Notes: generated from the letters alone by a model not told the origin. A stretch of DNA of 61,512 nt, filler included, from Nitrospinae bacterium RIFCSPLOWO2_12_FULL_45_22 (GCA_001803565.1; 5 parts of 5 records of this genome joined end to end with filler, not necessarily neighbours in it), one strand, 5' to 3'. Shown: positions 1 through 10,618, numbered from the whole stretch's first letter. Numbers and translations: made by a program.

Positions 1-250
1 CGGCAAAGCAGACATCCTGTGGAGAAACGACACAACCGGCGAGGTATCTATCTGGTTGATGGATGGAACGAGCAGAGTGTCAGGGGGATCACCGGGAACC
101 GTTACCTTAGGCTGGCAGATAAAAAATACAGGCGATTTTGATGGAGACGGCAAAGCAGATATCCTGTGGAGAAACGACACAACTGGAGAGGTATATATCT
201 GGTTGATGAGCGGAACGAGCAGAGTGTCAGGAGGATCACCGGGAACCGTT
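1..250 (+). repeat. 147-bp (49-aa) intragenic tandem repeat of FG-GAP unit
   Basis: CGGCAAAGCAGAYATCCTGTGGAGAAACGACACAAC at 1 and 148, near-identical for ~100 bp. Confidence 0.9.
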
Positions 251-907
251 CCTGATTTAAACTGGGAGATAATCTCAAATAATCCCCCAATAGCTAAAGC
301 TGGCGAAGATCAAACTGTTACTGTAGGCTCAACCGTTACATTAGATGGCTCAGACAGCTATGACCCTGATAGTGATACTATAACATATACCTGGTCATTC
401 TTTTCAAAGCCTTCTGGCAGTATGACAGAGGTATCCTATACTGCTGCTATCAATCCCACCTTTATACCAGACTTAGAAGGCATCTATATTGTTGAATTGG
501 TTGTATACGATGGAAGAGTATATAGTAATGCAGACACAGTTAAAATTATTGCTGAAGAACCTACCAATAACCCACCTGTAGCCAATGCTGGGCAAGACCA
601 AAATGTAAGTACTGGAGATACCGTTACTCTTGATGGTTCAGGTAGTTACGATCCTGATGGAGATACCCTTACATATAACTGGTCGTTCATATCTAAACCT
701 TATGGTAGCAATGCTACCCTATCTGATAGCTCTAGTATAAAGCCGATTTTTGTTCCAGACCTTGAAGGTACATATATTGTTCAATTAATAATAAATGACG
801 GACAAGTAAACAGTACACCGGATACAATAACTATTACCGTTTTAGGAACTGCGTGGTTAAGGCATTTTCTAGATCTTCTTCTAGATCCTTCTATGGATTC
901 GAAGTAA
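2..907 (+). CDS. FG-GAP/VCBS-repeat + two PKD/K319L-like Ig domains, surface protein (5' partial; 3' end runs into IS630 remnant)
   Basis: GDFDGDGKADILWRN repeat; two NxPPxAxAGxDQ...VTLDGSxSYDPD domains; frame open to window start; last ~19 aa lie in IS sequence. Confidence 0.85.
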   Translation, partial: GKADILWRNDTTGEVSIWLMDGTSRVSGGSPGTVTLGWQIKNTGDFDGDGKADILWRNDTTGEVYIWLMSGTSRVSGGSPGTVPDLNWEIISNNPPIAKAGEDQTVTVGSTVTLDGSDSYDPDSDTITYTWSFFSKPSGSMTEVSYTAAINPTFIPDLEGIYIVELVVYDGRVYSNADTVKIIAEEPTNNPPVANAGQDQNVSTGDTVTLDGSGSYDPDGDTLTYNWSFISKPYGSNATLSDSSSIKPIFVPDLEGTYIVQLIINDGQVNSTPDTITITVLGTAWLRHFLDLLLDPSMDSK

Positions 908-1872
908 CGATTGTGTGTTATCTGTCGTCGAGTAATTCTCCAAACTCGTTCGATAGGATTGAGTTTGGGAGAGTACGGAGGAAGAAAAATACGGATAAGG
1001 CGATGTTGATTCTCTACAAAAAATGTTTTCAGGTCCCATGCTTTGTGCCAGGATGCATTGTCCAGAATAAGAAATATTTTCCCTTGGGTACGCTGAAGAA
1101 GGTAGTGAAGAAAATTTCCAAAGGTATTGGCGTTGAATGTAGAAGCCTTTTGGGTCAAGAGAGAGAGCCTGTCTTTAGATTGATTGCACCAAAGAACCCT
1201 ATTTTTTGGCGAGTTGAAGCAGAAATTACATGAGGTTGTTGACCTCTGGGAGCCCACTCCGCGTCAAGGTGGTATGTATCTGAAAAGGAACTTCGTCTTC
1301 TGCCCAAAGTTGGATATTTGGATCCCTCATCCATTCTTGGAATTTTTTTTAAAATTTGCTTGCTGTAAAGGGTCTGCTTCATGGGGCTGGCGACGAGGCA
1401 TTTGGAGTGTAAATCCAAGTTTATGGAAAAGTCTTTGACATTGACGGACACTAAGTGTGGCGTCATAATGTTCTTTGATATGATGGGAGAGTGAGGGGCC
1501 ATCCCACAAATTTTGGTCGTAACCAAGTTCTCTGGGAGAACGTCGTAATTCATTGCGTAATTTTTGCTCATCTGACTGTAATAATTGAGAGGGGCGGCCA
1601 GGGTGTTCTCTATCCCATAGCCCTGCAAGACCATGAGAGAGAAGTCGGTAAACCCAATATTGGATAGTTCTTGGCGAATGCCCGAAAATACGAGCCGCTT
1701 CATAAGTACTATTCCCTTGAAGGACATAAAGGATAACGTGAAGTCTATGGAAGTATCGACCTTCTGGGGTTCGAGATATCTCATCCTGAAGGGCAGCAAC
1801 AAAAGTTTCTGCATCTGGGATTGTAAACCTTCTCACAGGGAACAAACCTTCTATAAAATAGGTTTGTTCCCC
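845..1872 (-). mobile_element. IS630-family transposase remnant (HTH orfA + DDE_3 orfB), frameshifted; ends approximate
   Basis: orfA 1327..1845 helix-turn-helix domains; A8 slippery run at 1343-1350; DDE motifs WAEDE, WAPRG, LILDNASWH, LPPYSPKLNPIERVW spread over different frames. Confidence 0.88.
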
Positions 1873-2122
1873 TTATATCATGAAATTAAATGGGACACAG
1901 ATAAGACGGATTTAACGGATAGATTCGTTTCGCTCACTACAGGTTTGCTTAAATTTTTTGTCTGTGTTAATCCCAACTACCCGTTCTATCCGTGTTCTAA
2001 ATGAATGGACAATGGTTAATTATAAAGACTCTGAGCCTCAGAGGCTCAGCGGTTCAATAGTATTTTCCACAACTTATTGAGTAATTACGGTTATCCTAAA
2101 ATAAGCGGAGAAGCGGGAGATT

Positions 2123-2842
2123 ATGCTAAGTCCAGGGATTTTATGGCTAGCCCAAAGAGTTTTACCTGAGTTTGTCATTGAACGGATTGACCCCTTTAAT
2201 CATAGTATAAAGGCCTTTGTCCGACAGGCCGCGCAAGAGGCATTAGAAGATTGCTGGGTACTCGATGCCGGGGCCGGCGAGGGTATATACCGGAGGTTTT
2301 TCTCTCAAGCCCGTTATATTGCCCTGGATAATGGCATAGGGGATAAAAGCTGGGATTATTCTGGCCTGAATGTACTGGCAGACCTAGCCTTTTTGCCCTT
2401 CAAGGATAAATCCTTCCATACTGTCCTTAATATCGTGGTACTGGAACATCTATCAGAACCGCAAAAGGCCCTCAGAGAACTTTTCCGGGTTCTTAAAGCC
2501 CCTGGTAAGCTCTATATTGTTGTGCCTCAGGGCTGGGAGTTACACCAAAAGCCCTATGACTATCAGAGATTCACCTGTTATGGGCTAGAAAAGGTATTGC
2601 TGGGTAGTGGTTTTGTGGTAGAACGTCTGGAACCTATCGGTGGCTATTTCTGGTATTTGGGCCGGCGCCTGATGCACATTCTCTATTTTTGCCAGAGGGG
2701 TTGGAAGATCATTTTTCTACTGCTCCTGGCCCCTATCTTCGGCCTTATTATTCCCCTGCTCTGTTTCTATTTGGACCGATGGGACAAGGAGAAAGATCAT
2801 ACCCTGGGCTATCTCTGTGTAGCCCGCAAAGGTGAGGGGTAA
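2123..2842 (+). CDS. class I SAM-dependent methyltransferase
   Basis: VLDAGAGEG motif I; VLEHL..P; LKAPGKL. Confidence 0.85.
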   Translation: MLSPGILWLAQRVLPEFVIERIDPFNHSIKAFVRQAAQEALEDCWVLDAGAGEGIYRRFFSQARYIALDNGIGDKSWDYSGLNVLADLAFLPFKDKSFHTVLNIVVLEHLSEPQKALRELFRVLKAPGKLYIVVPQGWELHQKPYDYQRFTCYGLEKVLLGSGFVVERLEPIGGYFWYLGRRLMHILYFCQRGWKIIFLLLLAPIFGLIIPLLCFYLDRWDKEKDHTLGYLCVARKGEG

Positions 2843-2912
2843 CTCAAAGCGACTCACCGTTTACTCCTTACTACTCACTCCTCACCACTCACTGTAATTA
2901 AGGAGGAGATGC

Positions 2913-3587
2913 TTGTACAAAGAATACCGAATTACCATTGTTATCCCTTGCCTCAATGAAGAGGAAGGTATTAAGAAGGTATTAGCCGAGGTACCGCCTC
3001 TGGTTGATGAAGTAATTGTAGTAGATAATAATTCTACTGACCGTACCGGCCAGGTAGCCCAGGAGATGCAGGCGAAGGTAATCTTTGAACAAGAGCGGGG
3101 TTATGGCCGGGCATACAAAACCGGGCTGTTCCAGGCCCAGGGTGATATTATCCTCACATTAGATGGAGACCATTCTTACCCGATAAACGCCATCGCCAAT
3201 CTGCTGGATAGCCTTATTGATCAGAAGATAGATTTCCTCTCGGCTTCCCGGTTCCCGATAAAGCGGAAAGGCGCCATGTCCTTCAAGCATTATATCGGCA
3301 ATAAGCTCCTCTCTCTTACTATGTCGCTATTGTATGGCCAATGGATAAGGGATTCCCAGTCAGGCATGTGGGTTTTCAGAAAAGAAGTCCTGTCCAGGAT
3401 GAAGCTAGAAAGCAATGGTATGGCCTTTTCCGAAGAAATCAAGATAGAAGCTATAATCAATAAGGATATAAAGTTTAAAGAAGTTCCCATAGATTACTCC
3501 CAGCGGGCAGGGGAGGCCAAGTTAAAACCCTGGAAGGATGGGTTTAAGAATATCCTTTTTCTTTTCAGAAAACGCTTCTTTCGCTAA
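2913..3587 (+). CDS. GT2 glycosyltransferase (DPM1-like)
   Basis: VIPCLNEE, VVDNNSTD, LDGDHSY, DSQSG, R.GE.K. Confidence 0.9.
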   Translation: MYKEYRITIVIPCLNEEEGIKKVLAEVPPLVDEVIVVDNNSTDRTGQVAQEMQAKVIFEQERGYGRAYKTGLFQAQGDIILTLDGDHSYPINAIANLLDSLIDQKIDFLSASRFPIKRKGAMSFKHYIGNKLLSLTMSLLYGQWIRDSQSGMWVFRKEVLSRMKLESNGMAFSEEIKIEAIINKDIKFKEVPIDYSQRAGEAKLKPWKDGFKNILFLFRKRFFR

Positions 3588-4603
3588 TGAAAATCTCGGT
3601 CATTATCCCTAATTGGAACGGATTGGTCTATTTAGGAACCTGCCTGGAATCCCTCAAAAAGCAGACCTACCCTGATTTTGAAGTGATAGTGGTGGATAAT
3701 GGTTCTACCGATGGCTCGGTCTCTTTTATTAAAGCAAGATACTCTTCTTTTGTCCGTTTAATAGAGCTACCGGAAAATACTGGTTTTGACCGCGCTACCA
3801 ATATAGGCATCGCTCAGGCTAGCGGAGAATTTATTGCCACCTTGAACAACGATACCGAGGCCGATCCCCGATGGCTGCAGGAATTGATCAAAGGTATGGA
3901 CCATCAGGAGCAGGTAGGGATGTGTGCCTCCAAGATCCTATTCTTTCACCAACGCCATATTATTGATAAAGTCGGCCACTTGTTCTATCCCGATGGACAG
4001 AACCGGGGTAGGGGCTGTATGGAAGAAGACCGGGGACAATATAATGAGATAGAGGAGGTATTCTTCCCCGATGCCTGTGCCGCCCTTTATCGCAAAGAGA
4101 TGCTAGAGGAGGTGGGCTTGTTTGACGAGGACTTCTTCGCCTATGGCGATGATGCCGAGCTAGGGTTCCGGGCCCGGCTATTTGGCTGGAAATGCATCTA
4201 TATACCTACGGCTATAGTCTATCATATCCATTCCGGCAGCAGCGGTCCCTATGCCCCGGACAAGATATTTTTGGTCGAGCGGAATCGCCTATGGCTGGCA
4301 TTAAAACTGCTCCCCTGGCCCCTATTGCTACTGAACCCATACTATACCGCTATAAGATACTTCTGGCATATCTATAGCGGCCTCTTTGGTGTAGGTTCTG
4401 TAGGGAGGTTTGTCGAGCAATATTCTACCTATCAGGTCATAAAAACCTTGATCAAGGCCTATATTTCTACTGTCCAGGGGTTGAGAAATATCTTAAGGAA
4501 GAGGTGGGAGGTCCAGAAAAAAAAGAAGGTGTTGGATAGAGAAATTTACCAATGGATAAGGAAATACCGGATTAAGGCCCGGGAGCTGGCCCTGCGGGAT
4601 TAG
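3587..4603 (+). CDS. GT2 glycosyltransferase
   Basis: VIIPNWNG, VVDNGSTDGS, LNNDT, FDEDFFAYGDD. Confidence 0.9.
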   Translation: MKISVIIPNWNGLVYLGTCLESLKKQTYPDFEVIVVDNGSTDGSVSFIKARYSSFVRLIELPENTGFDRATNIGIAQASGEFIATLNNDTEADPRWLQELIKGMDHQEQVGMCASKILFFHQRHIIDKVGHLFYPDGQNRGRGCMEEDRGQYNEIEEVFFPDACAALYRKEMLEEVGLFDEDFFAYGDDAELGFRARLFGWKCIYIPTAIVYHIHSGSSGPYAPDKIFLVERNRLWLALKLLPWPLLLLNPYYTAIRYFWHIYSGLFGVGSVGRFVEQYSTYQVIKTLIKAYISTVQGLRNILRKRWEVQKKKKVLDREIYQWIRKYRIKARELALRD

Positions 4604-5535
4604 GTACTGCGGGCCGTTAAGGTAATAGTAGCTCCGCCACCCGCTAAGCTTTCTAGGGTAGTAAAGGGCACCAGAGAAAGGGCCAGCACAAAATCAAATA
4701 TCCAGCTCATATCTGGGCTGTGGGGCAGGCGGTGGTAATTTTGGCGAGGGAAAAGGGTGAAAGCCAGGATCAGGGGGTTATTGCGGATAGAAAAATGCCT
4801 GATCCGTAAAGGCTCAAAGCCGGTATTCTTTAAGAGCAACTCTAGAGTCGTGGGCGAAAAATGGTATAAGTGCCGGGGTAGCTCCAGGGCAAACCAACGT
4901 TGTTTAAATATCCTGAACTGGTAACTGGCTATATTGGGTACTTGCAGGAGCAAAAAACCCCCTTTCTTCAAAACCCTTTTAGCTTCTGCTAGACCCAGGT
5001 CAGGTTCAGGCAGGTGCTCCAGGACATGATAAAAGATGACCAGATCAAAATAGTCCGCCGGATAACCGCTAGCCAAAAAATCCCCTTGCCGTACTTCCAA
5101 ACCAAACCTCTCCCGCGCTAAACGGGCTAACTCTGGGAGCACTTCTACGCCATATACCTCATAGCCTTTGGCTTTAAAGAGGGCTAGTAGCTCCCCACTA
5201 CCACAACCTACATCCAATATCCTACCACCCTTATTTATCAATTTTTGTATATGCCTGATCTCCCGCTGGAGCAGGAAATTCCGTAGATCCTTTTCTAGTT
5301 GCTTTATCCAGGCAAAAAGGTTATGGGTGGAAACGGGGTTTTTGGGGTTTTCTCGGCTGCAATAATATTCAGGATAATATCCCTTAATCTGCTCTGAGGA
5401 AGGTAAAGGATGCAGAAATACTAAGCCACAATTCTGACAAATTACCAGGTTGAATCTGCCCGGGACAATCTTCAGGTTATCCTCGGCAGAAAGGAGGGGA
5501 CGCAAATCCTGGCATTGGCACAGTAAACAGGACAT
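4600..5535 (-). CDS. class I SAM-dependent methyltransferase with N-terminal Zn ribbon
   Basis: CLLC...CQNCG; ILDVGCGSG; HVLEHL; PRHLYHFS. Confidence 0.85.
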   Translation of the reverse strand: MSCLLCQCQDLRPLLSAEDNLKIVPGRFNLVICQNCGLVFLHPLPSSEQIKGYYPEYYCSRENPKNPVSTHNLFAWIKQLEKDLRNFLLQREIRHIQKLINKGGRILDVGCGSGELLALFKAKGYEVYGVEVLPELARLARERFGLEVRQGDFLASGYPADYFDLVIFYHVLEHLPEPDLGLAEAKRVLKKGGFLLLQVPNIASYQFRIFKQRWFALELPRHLYHFSPTTLELLLKNTGFEPLRIRHFSIRNNPLILAFTLFPRQNYHRLPHSPDMSWIFDFVLALSLVPFTTLESLAGGGATITLTARST

Positions 5536-5685
5536 TTAATTAAGGACAGAAACCACAGATTGCACAGATTTCACTGATTACATTCCAAAAATAATAAACC
5601 AGGGAAAAATCTTCTAAAAATCTGTGTCATCTGTGAAATCTGTGGCTCCAAAAGAAAATTCCTATGCTATTTAATTAACCGTTTG

Positions 5686-5782
5686 TGGCGGAAGCGCGTG
5701 GGAGTCGAACCCACCACGAACTTTACTAGAGCCCGTCACTGGATTTGAAGTCCAGGAGAGACACCGGCCCCTATGCGCTTCC
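5686..5782 (-). tRNA. selC: tRNA-Sec (UCA)
   Basis: 97 nt; 8-bp acceptor stem GGAAGCGC/GCGCTTCC + GCCA; anticodon arm CTGGACT-TCA-AATCCAG; long variable arm; GGTTCGACTCC T-loop. Confidence 0.95.
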
Positions 5783-5820
5783 GCTTTCTCATTTTCGATT
5801 ATTCTGCTTTTACTGAATTT

Positions 5821-5849
5821 ACTTTAAAGATTTTTACGGTTGCTGTCAA
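5821..5849 (-). promoter_or_regulatory. sigma70 promoter of selC
   Basis: TTGACA-17bp-TAAAGT on minus strand, ~40 bp upstream of tRNA 5' end. Confidence 0.65.
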
Positions 5850-6133
5850 GCATAGATACCTAATGTTCAGAAGTGCTATTCTGGAAAGGTTTAGTCCCAT
5901 GGGGCCTTCATCTTGTAAAATTAAATAGAATCCATTAAGATATAGCTGTCAGGGGTCAGTTATCAGGGGTCAGCCGCTCCCCGCCCCTGAGCCCTAAAAT
6001 AGTTATCTGCGAAAACCTGCTTAGATTGATTCGCTCCGCTCGCAATGACAAAATCAGTCTCTCAATATTCATTAGTCATTGCGAGAAGCATTAGCGACGA
6101 AGCAATCTAAATTTAAAAGGCATAGATTAAGAA

Positions 6134-7066
6134 ATGGATAATAGTTGTCTCCACGGTTTAAAAGAGAATATAGAAAAGGTATTGATAGGTAAGGGAGAAG
6201 AGGTCAAGCTGGTGCTGGTAGGGCTGCTGGCTCAAGGGCATATCCTTATCGAGGATGTGCCGGGGGTAGGCAAGACGGTGCTGGCCCGGGCATTGGCTAA
6301 GTCTATAGCTTGTACCTTCCAACGAATACAATTTACTCCCGATCTGCTACCGTCTGATATTCTTGGGGTCTCTCTCCCTAATCCCAAGAAAGGAGATTTC
6401 GAATTTAAGCCCGGCCCTATCTTTGCCAACATTATCCTGGCTGATGAGGTTAACCGCGCTACCCCTAGAACCCAGAGCAGCCTCCTGGAAGCAATGAATG
6501 ATTTTCAAGTAACGATAGACGGTTTTACTCATCCCTTACCCAAACCCTTTATGGTTTTAGCAACACAGAATCCCATTGAATACCAGGGAACTTATCCCTT
6601 ACCAGAATCGCAACTGGATCGGTTCATGCTAAAGCTCCAGATTGGCTATCCTGAACCAGCGGATGAGAAACTGATACTAGCTGCCCAGAAGATAACCCAT
6701 CCCCTGGAAAACCTACAACCAGTCATTACCGCCGATAAGATACTATCACTCCAGGAGCAGGCGAAAAAAGTGCGGGTAGATGATGCCATAATAGAATATC
6801 TGTTGCAGATGGTTAATCATACTCGCCATTCCGACAAACTAATGTTAGGGATAAGTCCCCGGGGTAGTATATACCTCTTCCGGGCAGCCCAGGCCCTGGC
6901 CTTTATTGAAGATCGGCATTATTGTATCCCTGACGACATAAAGCGGCTGGTCAAGCCAGTATTCTCTCATCGGCTTATACCCAGGGAACAACCCCGAAGC
7001 GGTATCAGTAAAATTACCGATACCATATTAGAAGGAATTATGGAACAGGCGCCAGTACCTCTTTAG
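6134..7066 (+). CDS. moxR: MoxR-family AAA+ ATPase
   Basis: EDVPGVGKT, RIQFTPDLLPSD, ADEVNRATPRTQSSLLEAM, ATQNPIE..GTYPLPESQLDRF. Confidence 0.93.
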   Translation: MDNSCLHGLKENIEKVLIGKGEEVKLVLVGLLAQGHILIEDVPGVGKTVLARALAKSIACTFQRIQFTPDLLPSDILGVSLPNPKKGDFEFKPGPIFANIILADEVNRATPRTQSSLLEAMNDFQVTIDGFTHPLPKPFMVLATQNPIEYQGTYPLPESQLDRFMLKLQIGYPEPADEKLILAAQKITHPLENLQPVITADKILSLQEQAKKVRVDDAIIEYLLQMVNHTRHSDKLMLGISPRGSIYLFRAAQALAFIEDRHYCIPDDIKRLVKPVFSHRLIPREQPRSGISKITDTILEGIMEQAPVPL

Positions 7067-7095
7067 TAAAATAGAATATGTAGGGATAAGTTTTT

Positions 7096-7195
7096 NNNNN
7101 NNNNNNNNNNNNNNNNNNNNNNNNNNNNNNNNNNNNNNNTTAATTAATTAANNNNNNNNNNNNNNNNNNNNNNNNNNNNNNNNNNNNNNNNNNNN
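7096..7195. other. artificial contig linker
   Basis: N44-TTAATTAATTAA-N44 (stops in all frames). Confidence 0.97.
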
Positions 7196-8099
7196 TAGCT
7201 ATTCCCTGGATAGGCTGACCAGTTTTAGGGTCCAGGATATGGCTATAGCGTTTACCATTTAAGACAAAAAAATTCTCATAGTTGCCTGAGGTAGCTACTG
7301 CCTGGTCTCTTACCTGTAGGGTACTGACAACCCGGTCCGGGACAAAAGGGTGCCGGATACCAAGATGCCAAAATTTTCTTGTGGGAGGATGTCCCAGGGC
7401 AAACAGGTCTCCACCGGCATTAACCAGGGCCCGCTGTATGCCATTATTTTTCAGAACCTCAATAGCCCTGTCTACTGCATACCCTTTAGCTATACCACCC
7501 AGGTCAATCGCCATCCCAGGTAACTTCAATTTAACCCGGTTCTTTTCCTGGTCAATAAGGATGTTTTTGTAATTGACCAGGGGTAAAAGCTTGTGGATTT
7601 CTTCTTCCGGAGGCATATGGCCGCTTTTCTTGTGAAAGCCCCATAATTGCACCAGGGGAGCTACCGTGATGTCAAAAGCGCCTCCACTGAGTTCTGCTAT
7701 CCCTATGGCCATATTAATAACCTTCAATACCTCTGGCGCTACCCTAACATAATCCCTCCCAGCTTGCTGATTGATTAAGGATAATTGGCTATCAGCTTTA
7801 TAATTACTCATCAATCCATCTACCCGGCTAATTGCCTGAAAAGCCAATTCTATAGCCTCTTCTTCGGGTTCCCGGCCCGCCTTGATCTCTTTGGGGGAAG
7901 AGGTATCTCTAAAGACAGTAATCTCGACCATAGTACCCATCATGGGCCTAGCCCTTTCTACCTTTGACTCCTGGCTATAACCCAGAGAAAAAGGGAGTAT
8001 GGCCAGGCATAGAAGCCATACTCCCGCTCCCTGCCTAAATCGGCTTAGGACGGTTAAATAGATTAATACTAAGCGGATCACTATAAGACTCTTCTCCAT
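7196..8099 (-). CDS. apbE: FAD:protein FMN transferase ApbE (3' truncated at contig end)
   Basis: MGT, S.Y...S.LS.IN, GAFDITV.PL..LWGF, DLGGIAKGYAVD, NAGGD, ATSGNYE, HILDPKTG. Confidence 0.95.
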
Positions 8100-8192
8100 A
8101 TCTAGCTAAATGTCTACAACCAATTTAGAAAATAAAATATGATAGCAAAGCTTGCCTTGGAGGTTTTTTAAGGGACCAGGAGTCGAATCCAG

Positions 8193-8315
8193 GTAACAGT
8201 TCAGCCCCTATCGAAAATGAATGTCATTCCGACCGAAGGGAGGAATCTTTATTTACCTCCGGTCTGGGAAAGATTTCTCGCTATGCTCGAAATGACAAAG
8301 AACCTGAACGGTTAC
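8193..8315. mobile_element. MITE, GTAAC-ended family, carrying a GTCATT-type REP pair
   Basis: ends GTAACAGTTCAG / CTGAACGGTTAC; flanks GAATCCAG / GAATCTAC; internal GTCATTCCGA...TCGAAATGAC. Confidence 0.65.
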
Positions 8316-8362
8316 GAATCTACTTTTTGTTACCAATCAAATCTTACCCTCTTTTTTTGGAC

Positions 8363-8415
8363 TTGACAACGTTGATCATCCCATATAAAATAGATGCAAT
8401 TGATTTTTTATCGCA
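8363..8415 (+). promoter_or_regulatory. sigma70 promoter followed by Fur-family-like operator
   Basis: TTGACA(8363)-17bp-TAAAAT(8386); TGCAATTGATTTTTTATCGCA at 8395-8415 (imperfect 21-bp dyad). Confidence 0.55.
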
Positions 8416-9013
8416 AATAGGTGGGTATCAGCCATGATAGAACAACGCTTTGCCACCCTTCACCAGGCCAGTTACCCTGATCTATTCGCTCTATTCAGGA
8501 TATACTCCACGAAGGGTCTCAAAGGAGAAAGATTCTTCGGCTGCCCCTTCGCCTGGCTCAGGGCTTAGGCTCAGAATGACCGTACCAGATGGGATAAATG
8601 GGTAAACGGTTACAAAGTTTTTATCTCTCTTGCCCTGGGGAAGGGAGATAGGGAAGCAATAGGTGGTGATGTTTATGGTCGTGAAGGTCTATATTATTGC
8701 TGAGGGTGATTTTTAGCATAAATTTTACCTACTGATTGAGATTGAATAAAAATTAAATCTGCTTGCTATATTGAAGGGCAAGGGGCATGACCTCCAGCCA
8801 CAATAGGTAATAATCAGGATGAAGAAAAGGTAGGAGCGGGTAGTTAATTTAGGTCTGGCATTTTATTGGGAAGGGGGGTGATATCAGTATGAGGAAGTAT
8901 TGGTTCAGGTTAACCCTTGAAAGGGCCTCACCGACTTTTCTAGATAATAGGGGTAGTTTTTGTATAAAGGTGAGGATATAGGAAAATACGATATACAAAA
9001 ATAGACTAACATT

Positions 9014-9166
9014 GATGAAGTCGTAAAAAGTCAAAAATCAGACGGCACAGTAAAAAGCTCCAGATGCAAGGCGCGCAAATCCTGAGGAGTGAGGCGTACT
9101 TAGAGGTACGCCGCAACGACGAAGGATGCAACGTAACGCCGCAGATGGACTTTTTGCGAAGCCGTC
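9014..9166. mobile_element. 153-bp MITE with perfect 6-bp flanking direct repeat
   Basis: imperfect TIRs GATGAAGTCGTAAAAAGTC / GACTTTTTGCGAAGCCGTC; AACATT at 9008-9013 and 9167-9172. Confidence 0.8.
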
Positions 9167-9187
9167 AACATTAAGGAGGGAAAAGAG

Positions 9188-10603
9188 ATGCGTAGGTGGA
9201 TAAGCCTGGTGATAATCTTCTTGATATTAAACCTTTCTTCAGTAATGGCTCAGGAGCTTGGGGATAAGGCTGCCAAGTTAGAACAGAATATTGAAGAGCT
9301 AAGGAAGGAGTTGGAGTCTTTAAGAGTAGAGCAGAAGGCATTGAAGGAACTGCAGGGACAACAGACCGGTGGGTTGGCAGAAGAATTGAGAAAGTTAAAG
9401 CTCGAAATATTTGCCCCCGAGGCAGAGTATAAGAGCTATACCGGATTGGGGCCGGCTGCCTCTAAGGTCTATTTTAAGGATCGAGGTCTTTCTATTGGGG
9501 GCTATGGTGAGCTTAATTATGAGGGGTATCAACACAAGAGCAAGAAGGACCGGGCTGATGCCTCGAGGTTTGTGCTTTACACTGGCTATAAGTTTACTGA
9601 TAGGATATTGATGAATGCTGAGTTTGAATATGAACATGCTGGTATTAATAACGTAGGAGGGAGTACTGGTGGTGTTACTCCCTCGGTTTCCAGCAGTCGG
9701 AATCCTGAGGTTTATCTTGAGTTCGGTTACTTGGATTTCCTCTTACATCCTAGGTTTAACCTGAGGAGTGGCTTACTCCTTACCCCTATCGGTTTAATTA
9801 ACGAGTATCATGAGCCTACAATCTTTCATGGGGTACTGAGACCGGATGTAGAAAGGATACTTATCCCCTCCACCTGGCGGGATTTAGGGGTGATGGGTTA
9901 TGGTGGAATGGGAGATTTTGAGTATAAGGTGGGGCTGCTTAATGGACTCCGGTCTGATAGACTTAGCTCTTCTGACTGGATAAGAGGGGGGAGACAGCAA
10001 GGTGCAGGGGCAAGTGCTGAGGGTCTTGCTGGCGTAGGGAGGCTTGATTACAAAGGAATCCCCGGACTAACATTAGGTGGGAGCTATTATTTTGGACAGG
10101 CAGATTTTGGGCGCGGTGCGGATACGGATCCAATTGGCCCAGGAGAAAAGAAGGCCGATATAAACCTATGGGAGTTGCATGCGGATTATAAGTTTAAGGG
10201 TTTAGAGCTCAGGGGGCTCTTTACCCGGGGTTCTCTGGATGGGAATCGGGCTTTTGATCTCTCCCCTCCAGGAGGTGTTGGAGAGGAGGTTCAAGGATGG
10301 TATCTGGAAACGGCTTATGATCTGATGCCCCTAATCCGTGCCGGTTTAGCAATGTCTTTAACCCCTTTTATGAGATATGAAAACTATGACACCCATGAGC
10401 AAGTTTTTTCGGGAAGAAAAAACCCCACCCTTGACCGTGAGGTCATAACCCTTGGTTTGGGCTTCAAACCTCATCCTAATGTGGTGATCAAGGCAGATTA
10501 TCAATGGAGGGGTACGGACTCTAGACTTCCGGTTGGCAAGGGAGCCGGTAGGGACGAGGGTAAGATTGATCAATTTAATGTTGGTATAGGGTTTATCTTT
10601 TAA
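9188..10603 (+). CDS. outer-membrane porin-like beta-barrel with N-terminal coiled coil
   Basis: signal peptide, coiled coil, SIGGYGELNY, RFVLYTGYKF, EFEYEH, C-terminal GIGFIF; RBS AAGGAGG. Confidence 0.85.
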   Translation: MRRWISLVIIFLILNLSSVMAQELGDKAAKLEQNIEELRKELESLRVEQKALKELQGQQTGGLAEELRKLKLEIFAPEAEYKSYTGLGPAASKVYFKDRGLSIGGYGELNYEGYQHKSKKDRADASRFVLYTGYKFTDRILMNAEFEYEHAGINNVGGSTGGVTPSVSSSRNPEVYLEFGYLDFLLHPRFNLRSGLLLTPIGLINEYHEPTIFHGVLRPDVERILIPSTWRDLGVMGYGGMGDFEYKVGLLNGLRSDRLSSSDWIRGGRQQGAGASAEGLAGVGRLDYKGIPGLTLGGSYYFGQADFGRGADTDPIGPGEKKADINLWELHADYKFKGLELRGLFTRGSLDGNRAFDLSPPGGVGEEVQGWYLETAYDLMPLIRAGLAMSLTPFMRYENYDTHEQVFSGRKNPTLDREVITLGLGFKPHPNVVIKADYQWRGTDSRLPVGKGAGRDEGKIDQFNVGIGFIF

Positions 10604-10618
10604 ACTAATGATGGCTTA

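Noticed and set aside
853-2004. Plus-strand ORFs 853..1233, 1184..1438, 1633..2004
   Set aside because: Antisense shadows of the IS630 transposase and adjacent repeat
8434-8568. 44-aa ORF (MIEQRFATLH...) after the 8363 promoter
   Set aside because: Runs into a REP element, no recognisable motif; cannot support as a gene
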